A stretch of DNA of 63,820 bases, filler included, from Octopus bimaculoides (taxonomy: Eukaryota), in the NCBI RefSeq assembly GCF_001194135.2. It is 7 parts of 6 records of this genome, joined end to end, with 100 filler letters (N's around TTAATTAATTAA, not from the genome) between each part and the next. Parts side by side here need not be neighbours in the genome. Positions count along the whole stretch, not along the records: positions 1 to 15,755 come from NC_068990.1; 6 more parts are not named here. One strand, written 5' to 3'. Made by a program: the position numbers and the translations under genes. The notes beneath the pieces were generated by a model, which was not told where the DNA came from, searched no databases, and saw only the letters and a program-made list of their open reading frames with translations. Shown piece after piece: positions 1 to 12,600 of the stretch (within the stretch, counting starts at the first letter, position 1; each line of letters begins with the position of its first letter).

Positions 1-37
<37 letters not shown>

Positions 38-437
38 CTTGTTTGGCTTGACTATATATATATATATATATATATTTACGGAGACAGCGGTTATATATCA
101 CCTGAGGAGATACTACTAGGTCTTATTATACAGGTAAATCATTGCTTAATTTAAATTTAAATCCTGTGTATATGTGAATCTATGTTGTATTGAAATATGT
201 GTAGTGGTCATTAAACAGCTCTCAAATCATGCTCCCTCTTCCTTTTGACTCTATTTATTCTTTCCTTTATATATATATATATATTAATAATAATAATATG
301 ACAACAAAAGAATGAATGAGAGGAATTTGTCTATAAATATATAATATAAGACATTTTTGTCTTAATAACTGACGAGGATGTCTTTTAGACCTGGCATCTG
401 AAACTCTGAGTATTATTATGACAACTAACTGATTGTC

Positions 438-479
<42 letters not shown>

Positions 480-498
480 AACACACTTACATATACAT

Positions 499-665
499 AT
501 ATGGGAGAATATACAAATAATAACAACAGACGAGGACAGGTGGTGTAAATAACAAAAGTATATATTAGTATGACGCTCGGGAATACGGAAAGTCTTTGAC
601 GTTTCGAGCTACGCTCTTCAACAGAAAGAATACGGAGACAAGGAGAAAAACACGGAGAAAAAAAA
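499..665 (-). repeat. Dispersed repeat next to (TA)n, probably a Penelope-like element terminus
   Basis: The reverse complement matches 16871-16930 and 44640-44774 (GAAGAGCGTAG(G)CTCGAAACGT motif). The CGAAACG-type motif resembles Penelope ends, but the family assignment is from recall only. Confidence 0.45.
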
Positions 666-1157
666 TTGAATAGTGTTCAGTCGATCCCGAGATTGAAAAT
701 AAGCCCTTCATTTGGTTCTTGAACATCTAACATTGGAGTCAGGTCTGGATGAGGACTTGTTATATGCTAACTGTTGAAAATTCAAATTTTAAAACAACTT
801 CAAAATTTTGTGAACTTACAAATTTTCATTTGAACTGAATGTAAAGTAATACCATATTGGTAGGGTACCAATAAATACTTTATTATCATTGTTCTGTTTA
901 GTTTCTGCAGAAGCTAGCTTTAAAGTCTGCGCAGAGTGTGGTTTTTTAGCTAGTAAAATTATAAAGTTAACTTAGGTTGATGCTATTTGCTGTGAGTTTT
1001 TAAGCCTAATAATAATAATAATGTGGCAAATGAAGTAATTCTAAAATTTTGAATTCAATGAAAAGTATTTTTTCTGAGATATTTCTTTTTCCTGCTTAAA
1101 TTCTTTTGAAAAGAAAAAAAAAGTATATATTTCTCATGTAATTTCTGTATTTTACAG

Positions 1158-1275
1158 ATTACCATGCCCAACAGCACAAAATTATTTTGTGTTGCCTGGA
1201 ACAAAAAGCATGGTTATATTGCCTGTGGAGGTGAAAGTGGATTTCTGAAAATAATGCATTTGGAATCTCCTTTAC
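1158..1275 (+). CDS. WDR35: WDR35 coding exon (homolog of human exon 2)
   Basis: tttacag|ATT...TTAC|gtgagt; ITMPNSTKLFCVAWNKKHGYIACGGESGFLKIMHLESPL; 118 nt. Confidence 0.93.
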
Positions 1276-3199
1276 GTGAGTCACTTTTCTTTATTCTTTA
1301 CTCAAAATATATTAACCAATCTTCATGAGCGGTAAACATGAACTTACTCACACAAACAGGCATACACACATGCATGCACACACACATACACACAGAGTCC
1401 AATTAAAAAGACAATGAATGAATACAGTACAGCTTTATTATTAGTCACGATTGCTTTTGTACCACTCCATTGCAAGTAAATGATTGTGGGAAAAGTTACA
1501 CAATGTGTGTGTGGTTGATTACATTAGTATGGCATTTTGTTAGATTGGCAGCAAGAGATGCACTCTTACATTGTGCCACACGCACACACACATGTACGCA
1601 CACACACACACACACACACACACAGTGTATGCTATGAATAAAGTATTACATAAAGTATGTAGAACTATTAACATGATGAATTTCATTATTGATTGGATTC
1701 TAAAAGTATCACTGAAGACTTTTTCTTCTAATTAGTGTACTGAGAACAAGTCAGTCCCTCATTTAGCCAAGCCTTATCCAAGTAACAGTGAGAATTGAAC
1801 CCAACACTAAATCCAATGAAACACTCATCAATTTTACAGTGCTGCTGATTACAACAGTGAGATGTCTCTGTCCTGTGGTCCCTTTTTGGTGAAGGAGAAA
1901 CTGCCATGCTGCTGCTGTCAAGTTACAAACAATAGACCTCTTGGTTAGTTGGCCCTCTCTGCCCTGTAAAGACCTCTAAATATCTACTTCTGTTGTCTAA
2001 TCTTGTAAACTGAGCCAAGAGGAAGTCTCTAGGTTACCATTTTCTCTCCCTAGATTTGAACCATCTTACTCAGATTCCATGTCCTAATCATATTTCCATA
2101 AAAGGTATGAATGCCTCATTGAGTGTTTTTCCACCAATCAGTATCAACTGGCATGTGACAAGTAAAAGCAGTAGACTTAAGAGAAAAGTTGTTTGAATTC
2201 CTTCCAAATTGTATTTCTGAAGGTTCTACAAGCTTTGTTGAGAGTTATAAAAACCTGGTGTATAGAACTCATATACGGAAATACATCTTCTATTGTTGGG
2301 TCACTTGTGTTTAAGAACGCAGCCTCTTACCTCTATTTTTTGCCTTTTATCTAATTTACCATGACCAACCCTAACAATTTGATTGGCTATAAAAGGTGCC
2401 AAATCTCCTTCAATCACGAACCATCTTAGAACAGAAAGGACACTTTGGATAATGTAGTGCTTGTGACATGTGAAAAGCACCTGTGCCGGTGCCATGTAAG
2501 TGTTACCCGTGCTGGTGCTATATATAAAGCACCTGTGCTGGTGCCACGTAAGAAGCACACAGTACACTTTGTAAAGTAGTTGGCATTAGTAAGGGCAGCC
2601 AGCCACAGAAACCATATCAGAACAAACAATTGGAGTTCTATATAGCTCAGAAACTCCTGTCAAATTGTCCAGCTCGTGACAGCATGGAAAACATGTTAAA
2701 TGATGATGATGATGGTGCATCATGTCCAGGAAAAAAGTTGGGATGGTCATGATTGGAATACCTTTGATATAGACTGCTTGGTCCTGGTTGAACTGATCTC
2801 GAAACTCATTTTTTCAATCATTTGAAACTAATATTGCTTAATAAATTCTTTGGTTTCTAATTTATTTTGCAGATGATGCTAAGCAGAAACACCGCCATAA
2901 TGTTCTTCCTTTGAATCAAAATGTGTCAGGACATTCAGGTAGTCATCTTTGTTGTCATTTTATTCAGGTGAGATCTGTATGTGATATCCTTATACAGGTG
3001 TGGTATGGATAACTTAGTGATATGGTTATACAGGTAGTATCAGGTGTGGCTGTATAGCTAAGAAGTTCACTTTACAACTGTATGGTGTTGGGTTCAGTCC
3101 CACTGGGTAGCACCTTGGGCAAGTATCTTCTACTAAAGCTTTGGGCTGACCAAAGCCTTGTGAGTTGATTTGGTAGATGGGAACTGAAAGAAGCTTATC

Positions 3200-3240
<41 letters not shown>

Positions 3241-6200
3241 GGGGGCATGAATACTTTCACACATGCATATACACAATAGACTTTAGTTTCTTCCAACCAA
3301 ATCCAGTCACAAGGCTTTGGTTGGCCTGAGGCTATAATAGAAGATACTTGGCCAAGGTGCCACGAAGTGGGACTGAACCTAAAACCTCATGGTTGAGAAA
3401 CGAACTTTTTACATGTGTGTGTTTGTATGTACCTTTGTCTTGATATCTTGATTGTAAGCAAGCATCAGCATCATCATACAAGCTGAGTCATACATTTCCA
3501 ATCTTCTGTGAAAACATGTCTGGCCATATGACCTTGCTTGGAAGCAGGTAAGGGTTGACAACACAGAAAATCCACCTCAACGAATTCCATCTGATCTATA
3601 GAAGCATAGAAAAGTAGACGTTAGATGATGATGATGATGTGATCTATGTAACAGCTTAGATCGAATAGATGGTATCCATATCTGATATACTCATGCGTGA
3701 TGTGGCTCTACAGCTAACACAGTAGATCTGATCATGTGTGTGTGTGTGTGTGAACTCGTACAAGTGATATCTCTACATGTTGCAGAATGCAATTGGTGTT
3801 TGAGGACAATTATTATATTACTCACTTCAAACTTTCAGTTCCCATCTACCAAATCAACTCACAAGGCTTTGGTCAGCCCAAAGCTTTAGTAGAAGATACT
3901 TGCCCAAGGTGCTACCCAGTGGGACTGAACCCAAGGTTTTTATTTCTTTCATATCTGCCAGAACAGATGTTTTTATTACAATATTTATAAATCGAAATAA
4001 TTCTTGGAACTGAATCTCAATCAGAATAAAGCTATAAAAAATAACGCATAAATATTGGGTTAATAAGAAATTTGTGGCAAAGCAGAGTAATGTCCCTTGT
4101 CAGATATTTTAAATCCGTTGGAGACTGCTTTGGTTATTCTTAGCTATATTGTATCAACCGTGTTTTCTTTTACTTGTTTCAGTCATCTTTATCTTCTTTA
4201 ATTTATAGATGAATATTAACTCGTTCTACTTATTCAAACCGTTTGGTTCGATTGACTTTTTCAATAATTGATATTTCTGTGTCATATTGGTGAATACAGT
4301 TTATTGTTTGTTTCATCCTAGTATAACAGCCCCTCCCTTCCTGTCATTAAACTGATGATGATGATGATGATGTTGGTAGTGGAGGCTGTGTTTGTGATAA
4401 TGATGATGATGATGATGGCAGTGATTATCATGTTAATGACAATGGTGATGTTGATGACGATGATAACAACGATGACCAGGATGATTGTGATGATAATGAA
4501 AGTAGCTTGCAGAGGTTGTGCCAGTGATGATGGTATTCATAGTGATGTAGTGGCGATCATGCTGGTCTTTATGATAATAGTATAGTCGATGAGAATGACA
4601 GTCATAGTCATAGTAATGGTGACAATGAAATTTGTTTCTCATTTTATTTTTCCCATGAAGGTTGTGTTGAGATGATAAGATGGAATGATACCTTTCACAG
4701 ACTGACAACTAGTGACAGTAATGGACTTATAATCGTTTGGGGAATATTAAAAGGTGAGTCCTCTATGTAGTTTTGATTCAATTTATGTATCTGTGTGTGT
4801 GTATGTGTATATGCAAACCAAACAGTTAGGGGTTCATCCCACTGTGTGAGCATTGCTGGCATTTTACTTTATTGCTGTGGCTCAACTAGTACCCTGTGAG
4901 TGAAACTGATAGACAGAAACAAGCCAATCATATATGGATGTATGTATGTATGTATGTTTGTATGTATGTATGTATGTTTGTATGTATGTATGTATGTTTG
5001 TATGTTTGTATGTATACACACACACACATACACATACACAAATCATTATTAATCCAAATAAAGCTGGAAATGCACAGAGAATACATTAGAATTTAATCAG
5101 ATTTTAAAATATAGGAATACACTTTACTTGTTTCACATTAGATTTTCAAAAGTGTAGAGTGTATGGAGGTGTATTGTAAATTATGTCTGTTGTTATAAAA
5201 ATAGTTTGTTTTTAAAGTAGGAATGCGGCTCAGAACATTAACCATTAACGTACAAATTGATTGGTCAATGTTCATGTATTAAACTCATCTGGCAGTCACA
5301 TGAAAGCTTTTCTCCATTAAATATTTCTCATAATGGTTAAAAAAGAGAGACACAAATAAGTGCTTACAAAATAGTTATAAAGACTGGAAAGTTTGGTATA
5401 TTCTTAATTCCATGTTGTATGTGTTTCATTACAGTATAAGAAATACATTATGGATATACATTTATCTCTTTTACTTGTTTCAGTCATTTGACTGTGGCCA
5501 TGCTGGAGCACCGCCATTAGTTGAGCAAATCGACCCCAGGACTTATTCTTTGTAAGCCTAGTACTTATTCTATCAGTCTCTTTTGCCGAACCGCAAAGTT
5601 ATGGAGATGTAAACACACCAGCATCAGTTTCTAGCATAAAACTGAAGTATAAATCAAGCCATTAACAATAAAGCCGGTGTAATAATACTTTTACCTTCAT
5701 ATATAAATGAAATTGTGTATCACAGCTATGTAATTGTATATTTAATGATGTTTATCTTAATGAAACAGTTGTTGAGTGCAACTATTGTATGAACTATATG
5801 TGAGATTTATGCTTTTCTTCAAAACCTAGACAAATGGAATGAAGAAATGATCAACAACCGACAAACTGGAGTACAGGATATGAAATGGACTGGCAGCGGC
5901 AAAATGATTTGCATTGTTTTTGATGATGGTGAGTTAGAAATAGTTCCTTCAATGATGTGTGGTTAATACATCCTAAATGTTCTGTGGTTTCAGTGGGTTC
6001 AGCCCCCATATGTTGTACCTTTGGCAAGTGTTGTCTACTGTAGTCCCAGGCCGGCCAAAACCATGTGAGTGGCTTTAGTAGATAGAAACTGAGCGAAACC
6101 TGTTGCATATCTATCTGTCTGTCTATTTGTCTGCCTGTCTGTTTGTCTGCCTGCCCATGTGCCTGTCTGTCTGTGTACATATGTGTACCTTTGTTCTTGA

Positions 6201-8796
6201 CATTACATGATGGCTGTAAAGGAGCATCATTGTCATAAAAGTGATACTGTTTATTTCTAATCTTACATGAAAAACATTCCTGGCCAAGGGGAAAGATTAT
6301 CTTGCAACAGGAAGAGCACCCCACCTTAGAAAGTCTCCCTTAGTGAATTCTGTGGCCCATGCAAGCATGGAAAAGTGGATGTTAAAATGTGATGATGATG
6401 ATGATGACAATAATGGTCCTGATGAGTATTTTAAACTGCTAAATTAGTGATTTACAGTCACACGAAATTTTGAGTAAATTATTGTTTTACTGTAGAATAT
6501 GTTACTGGATTGTTGAAGCTTATTTTCGCTTCAATGGTTGAGTGATATTCCTAATAATCTGCTTCATTCCAATATGTAATGTAAATCTCTTGTTTATCCT
6601 GTCTCTGTCTTTTAGGTATGGTGATTGTTGGAACTGTGGAAGGAGAAAGGATATGGGGTAAAGATCTTGGAGAAAAGAAACTTTGTAAAGTAGAGGTTTG
6701 TTAAAATTTCAAGTTTCTTATCGTTTTTGTTTAGTAATAGTTTTTGGATATTACACATTTTGTAACCCCTTGGTTATCATATTTCTGTTGAAATACATTG
6801 CCTTTCTTTGAATTAATTTTGAAAATAATGAAGAATTTAGTAAAATAACTTTGTCATTATTAAGCTGGTGCTTGGAACAGAAATTAAAATGGAATTTTGA
6901 GGAAAGGTTTTTTTAAAAATTTAAATCACTTTAAAACAAGAAGTTTATATCATAAAACCAGGGGAAGTCTCAGGCAGGTTGGTACGAAAAGGGTTAAATC
7001 ACACCTAACTATGATTGGATGTTCCAGCCAGGGATTTACTGTGATTAAATAAAAAATAACTGGATAGTCATGGCTGGGATGCCTTTGAACATAGATCTTC
7101 TTAACCCTTTTGTTACCATACTTCAAGTGAAATACACAGCTTCTGCTTCAGTTGATATTGAAACTAATGAAGAGTTTAGTAAATTAACTTTGTCATTAGT
7201 AAGCTGGAGTTTGGAACATAAATTAGCATGAAATCTTCATTGAAGTTTTTATTATAGGACCAAGGTGGTGTGCTGGCAGAATCGTTGCCATGCCAGATAA
7301 AATGCTTAGCAACATTCTGAGTTCAAATGCTGCTGAGGTTGACTTTATCTTTTATCTTTTTGGGGTCAGTGAAATAATTACCAGCTGAGCACTGGAGTTG
7401 ATGTAATTGATTAGCTCCCACACCCAAAATTTCAAGCCTTCTGCCTATAATAGAACCAAGGGTGACCTCAATCAGGTTGGTACAAAAAGAATCAATAAAT
7501 AGTAAAAACTGAACCTATTTGATCATCATCATCATTGCTTAACATCCGTTTTTCACGTTGGCATGGGTTGGACAGTTTGACTGAGGACTGGCAAGCCAGA
7601 AGGCTGCACCAGGCTCCAATCTGATCTGGCAAAGTTTCTACAGCTGGATGCTCTTCCTAATGCCAACCACTCTGAGAATGTAGTGGGTGCTTTTTACGTG
7701 CCAAGGGCCAGTCAGGTAGTACTGGCATCAACCACACTTGAATGGTGCTTTTTACGTGCCACTGGCATGGGAGTCAGTCAGGTGGCACTGGTATAAATAA
7801 ATATTGATTTCAAATTTTGGCACAAGGCCAGCAATTTCAGGGGAGGGGGATAAGTCGATTACATTGACCCCAAATGCTCAAATGGTACTTATTTTATTGA
7901 TCCCAAATGAATGAGAGGCAAAGTTGACCTCAGCAGCATTTGAACTTAGAAGGTAAAGACGGACAAAATGCCACTGAACATTCTGCCTGGCATGTTGTTA
8001 ATGATTCTGCCTGTTCGTCACCTGATAGAAATAAATATTAAACACTCAAATACCAACAATTTCTTCATATTTCTGAATTTTTGTGCAGTGGTCTCCTGAT
8101 GAAAAGATTCTTCTCTTTGGCTTAATGAATGGAGAAGTCTGTGTCTTTGACAGCATGGGAAACTACATTGTGAGTCTATGTTTTCTTGGTTTGTTTTCAT
8201 TTTTCCCCCTCTTTCAACTTCCTATTTACTTTTAATGATTATATCAATAAGACTGAAGGCATATGGCCTAGTGGTAAGAGTATTCAGCTCACAATTCTAA
8301 TGCTATGGGTTCAATTCCTGAACTGGACAGTATGTTTTGTCTTTGAGCAAGTCATTTCATTTTGCATTGCTCCAGTTTACTCAGCTAAAAATCATCAAAT
8401 CCACCTTATTTCTTTCTATTTGCAACTTTTAGATTTGTTTATTATTATTTATCATAACTGGATTCATGACTGTGCGGTCAAGAAGTTCACTTCCCAAACA
8501 TGTGGTTTTGGGTTCAGTCCTACTGCATGGTACCTTGGGGAAGTGTGTTTTCCTTTAGTTTTGGGCCAACAAAAGCATTGTGCATAGATTCAATTGACAG
8601 AAACTGAAAGAAGCCTGTTATATATACTATCATCATTGTTTAACATCCGTTTTTCCATGGTGGCATGGGTTGGATGGTACAACTGAGGACTGGCAGGCCA
8701 GGAGGCTGCATCAGGCTCCAATCTGATCTGGCAAGGTTTCTACTGTTGGATACCCTTCCTAACGCCAACTACTCCAAGCGTGTGTTTGTGTGTGTC

Positions 8797-8832
<36 letters not shown>

Positions 8833-9614
8833 NNNNNNNNNNAGGCAGTAGAAAATCTGTTTCAACAAATTCCATCTGCCCCATGCAAACATGGAAAACT
8901 GGACATTCTGAATTTTATTTTATTTATTTTCTTAAACCATGAAACATTGACTCCATTTAATCATGAACTTTTAATTTTTTTTTTTTTTTTGTTTCTTTCA
9001 AAGTCTCAGCTAAACATTTTATCCCATATCTGCACTTCGACCCCACTTAAATTGGTGACCATTGATTGGTTTAAAGGCAATTACAGAGATCCCACACAAG
9101 CTTGTCTCATGATAGCTTACCATAATGGACATGTTAGAATCATGAAGTCAGAAACAGATGAGGGTAAGTAATTTAAAAAAATTTTTTTTATATTTCTAGA
9201 AATGGGGGAAAAAAAAGAGACTTGTTTTGTTCTTCTGAATTCTTGAGATTCACATACTTGTGCATGTATTCATGTGCACATATATATATGCAAACGGACA
9301 TACACACGCACACATGCAAACACCCATGTGTGCAAACATGCCCACAAGCATACACAGGCATGCACACATTCACATAATATGCATGTCTGCATACATGCAC
9401 AAATGTTTCCTAAGTCCCTCCAAGCAGCCCCAATATTTTCTGGAGTCCAGGTAGTTTGCAAACATCCTGATCTAGTCAACTTGAAGCAGTCAATCCTTAG
9501 CAATATCATATTGCAACCAAGCAGTTCTGTAACAGCAACATCAAAATACAAATGAAAATTTCATTGCATTTGAGTAACCAAGTCACCACTTTTAAAATAA
9601 AAATTTCATCATCA

Positions 9615-9655
<41 letters not shown>

Positions 9656-12600
9656 TAAATGTCTGTTTTCCATGCTGGCATGGGTTGGATGATTTGACAG
9701 GAGCTGGCTAGCTGGACAGCTGCAGCAGTTTTCAGTTGTCTGTTTTGGAATGGTTTTTATGACTGGATGCCCTTCCTAATGCCAACCATTTTACAGAATG
9801 TATTGAGTATGCATTTGACATGAGTACCAACACAGGTACTTTTTTACATGGACCCAGCACAGGTGCTTTTTTATGAGGTACAAGTATGAGTGCTTTTTAC
9901 ATGGTACCAGCATGGGTGCTTTTTATGTGGCACCAGGGGCAGTGGTATCATCAAGTGGCTTGCAAGACAAAAACCTCTCAGCTGAGAGAGGGAGTGAAAC
10001 CAAGAGAAATGGTTGTGTGCCAGACAAGAGATTAGAGTATGAGAAAAGGACAGAGATAGTTGTCTTACTATAGAGGAGATACTTCGCTACCTCAGTTAGA
10101 CAAAGGAGAGGAGGTCACTACTGAAATGATATCATCTGAGCTGCTCAGGCTTACTGGACATGGGTCTGCCCTCCCCCATTAGTCAAGATACTGCCATTTT
10201 AAAAACCATCAGGTTTCCCTATAAGATGTTGCATATTGGTTTGTGTTCTTCATAATGGTTTATGATCCCAAAGAAATGCATGCAAACAATAAATGAGTAA
10301 TGGCATGTTGTGTTTAATTGATGAGTGATGAAGTTAAAGAGAAATGAATAAGTTATATGGTGGAGGATACAAAGTAGATAAAGAAGTGATTGTAATTAAT
10401 GAAAGATGTGCAAATGAGATGTGAGGTGAAGAAGGAGAACCAAAAGAGAGATGGTCAGTGTGTGAAGTAATGGGTGGTCATGTGTCCTCTCTATTAATCA
10501 TATGTCATCTCTATTACATTGGAACTGTTAAATTTCATTTAGAGATTGCATGGGTCTACCTAACTCCAAGTGCAAGTGCATGGCTTTGTGGTTAGGGTGT
10601 TGGACACATGATTGTAAGATTGTGGTTCCTGGACCTGCGATGCTTTGTGTTCTTGAGTAAAACACTTCATTTCATGTTACTCCACTCCATTGAGCTGGTA
10701 AAAATGAGTAATCCTGCAATGGACCAGCATCCTGTCCAGGGTGGAATATATATATATATATATATATGCCAGAGAAACCAGGAAAACAGTCCTATGCTCC
10801 TTACAGAGAAACGTGGGCTGACCTTGCCTGTTTAATTTCATCATTCCATCTGAAGAGAAAGCTAACAAAATGACTGAAAATGTTGTATGAAACATGGGAT
10901 ATGTCACTCTTCAATGGCTGTGGTTCTTTGGAATAAACTGCAGAAAGAGGAACGAGATCAGGAAACTTATTCTTGTTGTGAGCTGGATCCTAGAAACATT
11001 TTAACATATTTTGATCTCCATAATCGAGTCCAAAGCTGTTTTTTTAAATTTTGATAAAGACTTATTTTGACATGTTTCTGAATATTCTAGATCCTGTAAT
11101 CATAGAAACTGAAATGTATATAGAAGATGTTTCTTGGAACCCTCAGGGATCTGTGATAGCAGTTGGAGGAAAATATAACTCATCAGAGAGTGACCAGGAT
11201 CCAAATTTCATTAATTTTTATTCCCAATCAGGTGACGTGAGTTGTATTTCTCTTATACTAATATACTTGTAGCAGATGTGTGTAGATATATATATATATC
11301 ATCATCATCGTTTAACATCCGCTTTCCATGCTAGCATGGGTTGGACGATTTGACTGAGGACTGGTGAACCAGATGGCTACACCAGGCTCCAATCTGATTT
11401 GGCAGAGTTTCTACAGCTGGATGCCCTTCCTAACGCCAACCACTCCGAGAGTGTAGTGGGTGCTTTTACGTGCCACCGACACGAAGGCCAGTCAAGCAGT
11501 ACAGGCAACAGCCACGCTCAAAATGGTGTATTTTACGTGCCACCTGCACAGGAGCCAGTCCAGCAGCACTGGCAACGATTTCGCTCGAAAGTCTTTACAC
11601 GTGCNNNNNNNNNNCAGGAGCCAGTCCAGCAGCACTGGCAACGATTTCGCTCGAAAGTCTTTACACGTGCCACCAGCACAAGTGCCAAGAAGGTGACGCT
11701 GGGCACAGGTGCCATCACGATAAATATATATATATATATATATATAGCCTAGTCACCCGTATTATGAACCAGGTGATACACGAAGGAGTCATACCTAATG
11801 ACTGGTGTAGCAGCACCATAATCAACTGCTACAAAGGTAAAGGTGACGCTTTAGATACTAATAATCACAGAGGTATCAAGCTTTTAGATCAGGTAATGAA
11901 AGTCACGGAGAGGGTCATAGCTCAACTGCTTAGGGAGCGAGTCAGCTTAGATGAGATGCAGTTTGGGTTTGTGCCTGGGAAAAGCACCACTGATGCTATA
12001 TTTCTGGTAAGACAGCTTCAGGAGAAATACCTAGCCAAGGATAAACCTCTGTTCCTGGCTTTCGTTGATATGGAGAAAGCCTTTGATAGTGTCCCCAAAT
12101 CTCTCATCTGGTGGTCAATGAGGAAACTAGGGATAGAAGAATGGTTAGTGAGAGCTGTGCGAGCCATGTACAGAAACTCTGTCAGTAAGGTGAGGATTGG
12201 CAGAGAGTACAGTGAAGAATTCCAGGTGGAGGTAGGGGTCCACCAAGGTTCTGTCCTCAGCCCCCTTCTATTTATCATAGTTCTCCAGGCTATAACAGAG
12301 GAATTCAAGACAGGATGCCCCCGGGAGCTCCTCTATGCTGATGACCTTGCACTAATTGCTTAGTCACTATCACAATTAGAGGNNNNNNNNNNNNNNNNNN
12401 NNNNNNNNNNNNNNNNNNNNNNNNNNNNNNNNNNNNNNNNNNNNNNNNNNNNNNNNNNNNNNNNNNNNNNNNNNNNNNNNNNNNNNNNNNNNNNNNNNNN
12501 NNNNNNNNNNNNNNNNNNNNNNNNNNNNNNNNNNNNNNNNNNNNNNNNNNNNNNNNNNNNNNNNNNNNNNNNNNNNNNNNNNNNNNNNNNNNNNNNNNNN

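Noticed and set aside
2939-2967. Alternative downstream donor (CAG|GTGAGA) for the 2873 exon
   Set aside because: It adds 29 nt and shifts the frame.
4355-4625. GAT-rich tract read as poly-Met/Asp or poly-His coding sequence
   Set aside because: It is an intronic degenerate trinucleotide repeat; the true exon starts at 4661.
11545-11670. Short tandem duplication around a 10-N gap
   Set aside because: Typical unmerged contig overlap.
11470-12363. 297-aa ORF as a host gene
   Set aside because: It is RTE reverse transcriptase fused by chance to repeat-derived sequence across an N gap.
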